Shown here: piece by piece, positions 33,655 to 36,444 of the stretch
Layout of the letters: the number at the start of each line of letters is the position of its first letter
How positions within the stretch are numbered: position 1 is the stretch's first letter
Assembly (NCBI RefSeq): GCF_001194135.2
Contig: NC_068984.1
Span: forward strand, 104,529,309 to 104,565,752
From: Octopus bimaculoides
Taxonomy: Eukaryota
Direction: 5' to 3'
DNA length: 36,444 bases
Position numbers and translations under genes: made by a program
Notes under the pieces: model-generated
Seen by the model: only the letters and a program-made list of their open reading frames with translations
Databases searched by the model: none
Told to the model about the DNA's origin: nothing

Positions 33655-33960
33655 AATGCTTTTAAATTTTGGCACAAGACTAGCAATTTTGGGGGAGGAG
33701 ATAAGTTGATTGCATCAATTTAAGTGCTGGACCACCTCCTTAATAATAATAATAATAATAATCCTTTCTACTAAAGGCATAAGGACTGAAATTTGGGGAG
33801 AAGGGACTAGTTAATTAGATCGACCCTAGTATTTCACTGGTACTTAATTTATCAACTCCAAAAGGATGAAAGGCTGACCTCAGCTTTGCCTTTCATCCTT
33901 TCAGGGTCAATAAATTAAGCACCAGTGAAACACTGGGGTCGATCTAATCAACTAGTCCCT
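33655..33960. mobile_element. Nested SINE fragments including a 72-bp fold-back pair
   Basis: Minus-strand 3' ends at 33655-33730 and 33760-33874. Plus-strand copy at 33888-33959 is the inverted complement of 33803-33874 (63/72 identical by manual alignment). Confidence 0.85.
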
Positions 33961-34444
33961 TGCACCCAATGATGATGATGACGATGAAGATGATGATGAT
34001 GGTAATAATAATAATAATAATAATAATGATAATAAAAATAATAATAACAACAAATAATAATTCTTTCTATTATAGGCACAAAGCCTGAAANNNNNNNNNN
34101 NNNNNNNNNNNNNNNNNNNNNNNNNNNNNNNNNNNNNNNNNNNNNNNNNNNNNNNNNNNNNNNNNNNNNNNNNNNNNNNNNNNNNNNNNNNNNNNNNNNN
34201 NNNNNNNNNNNNNNNNNNNNNNNNNNNNNNNNNNNNNNNNNNNNNNNNNNNNNNNNNNNNNNNNNNNNNNNNNNNNNNNNNNNNNNNNNNNNNNNNNNNN
34301 NNNNNNNNNNNNNNNNNNNNNNNNNNNNNNNNNNNNNNNNNNNNNNNNNNNNNNNNNNNNNNNNNNNNNNNNNNNNNNNNNNNNNNNNNNNNNNNNNNNN
34401 NNNNNNNNNNNNNNNNNNNNNNNNNNNNNNNNNNNNNNNNNNNN

Positions 34445-34446
34445 NT

Positions 34447-34477
<31 letters not shown>

Positions 34478-34647
34478 GTATAGACGACAGGCTTCTTTCA
34501 GTTTCTGTCTACCAAATCCACTCACAAGGCTTTGGTTGGCCCAAGGCTATAGTAGAAGACACTTGCTCAAGGTGCCACGCAATGGGACTGAACCCAGAAC
34601 CATGTGGTTGGTAAGCATGCTACTTACCACACAGCCACTCCTGCGCT
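34445..34647 (-). mobile_element. tRNA-derived SINE head and central domain, running into (TA)n and a 354-N gap
   Basis: Reverse complement GCAGGAGTGGCTGTGTGGTAAG..GGTTCAGTCCC..CACCTTGAGCAAGTGTCTTCTACTATAGCC..GAAACTGAAAGAAGCCTGTCG. Same family as 18601-18779. Confidence 0.9.
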
Positions 34648-34884
34648 CTGCCAATTTGCTGGCTTAATAATAATAATAACAATAATGTAGACTTAGATAC
34701 ACTGATTGAATAAAACACTGCATTGTCATAACTGGTATGCCTTTGATCATAATTAGACTGCTTGGTTATTGCTAACATGTGGCTATATAACGATAAATTT
34801 TATTGTATTTACAATAATGTGGGCTTAATATATTATTGCAAACCATCCAAATCATACATCTGTAAATTGTTACAGCAAAATCTA

Positions 34885-34961
<77 letters not shown>

Positions 34962-34962
34962 C
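34885..34962. repeat. Compound (TAC)n(CAC)n(CAA)n microsatellite
   Basis: Direct reading. Confidence 0.96.
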
Positions 34963-35648
34963 TTCTACGATGATGACGGCAATGACAACAATGATGTGTG
35001 TGTGTGTGTGTATGATATGTGGCATCAGTAAATTACATAGGCAAGAAATCAGTTATTAGTGAGTTTGAGATATCAGAGATAAAGTACATATTTGACACCT
35101 AAAATGATGGAAGGAGAAGTGATGGTGATATTAGAGATAAGTGTGAGATATTAATGATATAACAGACATGACAAGATATTAAAGTAGAAGTGACCAGGTA
35201 AAGGGGGAGAGACAGTTGGGTATGAATAATGAAGTACAGAGGAAATGGATATGAAAAATACGACATAGGTGAATTGAATGTTAAGAAATGGAAAAAAAAC
35301 CCAAAACCCAAAAAACTATAAGATATAAGACTGTGTAGAAGTGCAGGTGATACTAGTCATAAAAAAGCGAAAAGAAAGAAATTCAGAAATATTCAATATA
35401 ATTGATATATAGCAATAAATGATCAATACCTTGAAAGACAGAAGAAGAGGGAAAGGCAAATCTTTGTTATGTTTGTTTCTTGAAGAGCTTACACAAGAAT
35501 GTAGAACATTAATGTTATAGCAGGAAAGAGAGGATGCCAAGAATATGGCCAAGAAAAAACGCCCCAAAACAAATAACCAAACAAATTTCAAGTAAATAAA
35601 CTGATGAGGAGAAAGACTGATGCAATCACAGATGTATGCATCATATGC

Positions 35649-35654
<6 letters not shown>

Positions 35655-35680
<26 letters not shown>

Positions 35681-35691
35681 CATACATATAT

Positions 35692-35729
<38 letters not shown>

Positions 35730-35874
35730 CANNNNNNNNNNNNNNNNNNNNNNNNNNNNNNNNNNNNNNNNNNNNNNNNNNNNNNNNNNNNNNNNNNNNN
35801 NNNNNNNNNNNNNNNNNNNNNNNNNNNNNNNNNNNNNNNNNNNNNNNNNNNNNNNNNNNNNNNNNNNNNNNNNN
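35655..35874. other. (TA)n-flanked assembly gap; other gaps at 9287-9405, 11425-11603, 19641-19650, 22359-22368, 32709-32718, 34091-34444
   Basis: N runs; most of the long ones are bordered by dinucleotide repeats. Confidence 0.95.
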
Positions 35875-36015
35875 AAGAGCATTACTATACATAAATGCCT
35901 CACACTAGGAGGGACTCTAAAAGTCAAACTACTATAATAAACACATTTTACTGAATGCGAGGGAATGCAATTCTCGAAGCGAGCCTCCTAAAATCAGACT
36001 TAGTGGTATATCATG

Positions 36016-36052
<37 letters not shown>

Positions 36053-36349
36053 TCTCCCCACAAACACACACACATAATTATATATACGTGTGTGTGTGTG
36101 TGTTTGTGATAAATGATGAATCTTAGTCAAAAGCAAAGAAATGAACCTGTGCATGTGTTAATAATATTGGCATAATGACTCTCCCTAGATACAACAAAAA
36201 GAGTAGTCAACTACGAGTATAGTGAAAGTGTATAATGTAGGCAGAGTTTGAATCAGATACATAATAAGCTTCTCTGATGAGGGTAAAATTGTTAAGTTCA
36301 CATATATATGTGTACACACACACACACACACACACATTCTATATGTGCA

Positions 36350-36395
<46 letters not shown>

Positions 36396-36444
36396 GAAGT
36401 GGCTCTCTGCTAAACTTGCTAGTTCGTGGTACTCCCACCCTCCC

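Overview
AT-rich, microsatellite-dense eukaryotic non-genic or intronic DNA with seven N-gaps. The repeat repertoire (tRNA-derived SINEs with RTE-like (GAT)n tails, RTE, L1/Tx1, R4/Dong, Penelope, mariner) looks like a cephalopod (octopus-type) draft assembly; that assignment is inference, not a database result. I found no convincing host protein-coding exon or RNA gene, and almost all ORF-track hits are microsatellite translations or transposon debris. Recognisable elements: two RTE LINE pieces (1-330; 12957-14700), six fragments of restriction-like-endonuclease (R4/Dong-type) LINEs, a near full-length but dead L1/Tx1-type LINE (~22601-28090) plus a second ORF1 fragment, two Penelope GIY-YIG remnants, a mariner with TIRs, a piggyBac-type MITE and many SINE pieces. 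The most notable structures are: (i) an R4/Dong-type copy with the geometry of a twin-primed 5' inversion (30800-32690); (ii) repeated association of R4/Dong fragments and an unclassified ~560-bp element with (AAT)n arrays; (iii) a PHD-like zinc finger inside the RTE reverse transcriptase; (iv) several fold-back/palindromic structures. All are transposon-level findings. I see no evidence of a novel host gene system. Most element boundaries were read by eye and are approximate to about 10-30 bp.
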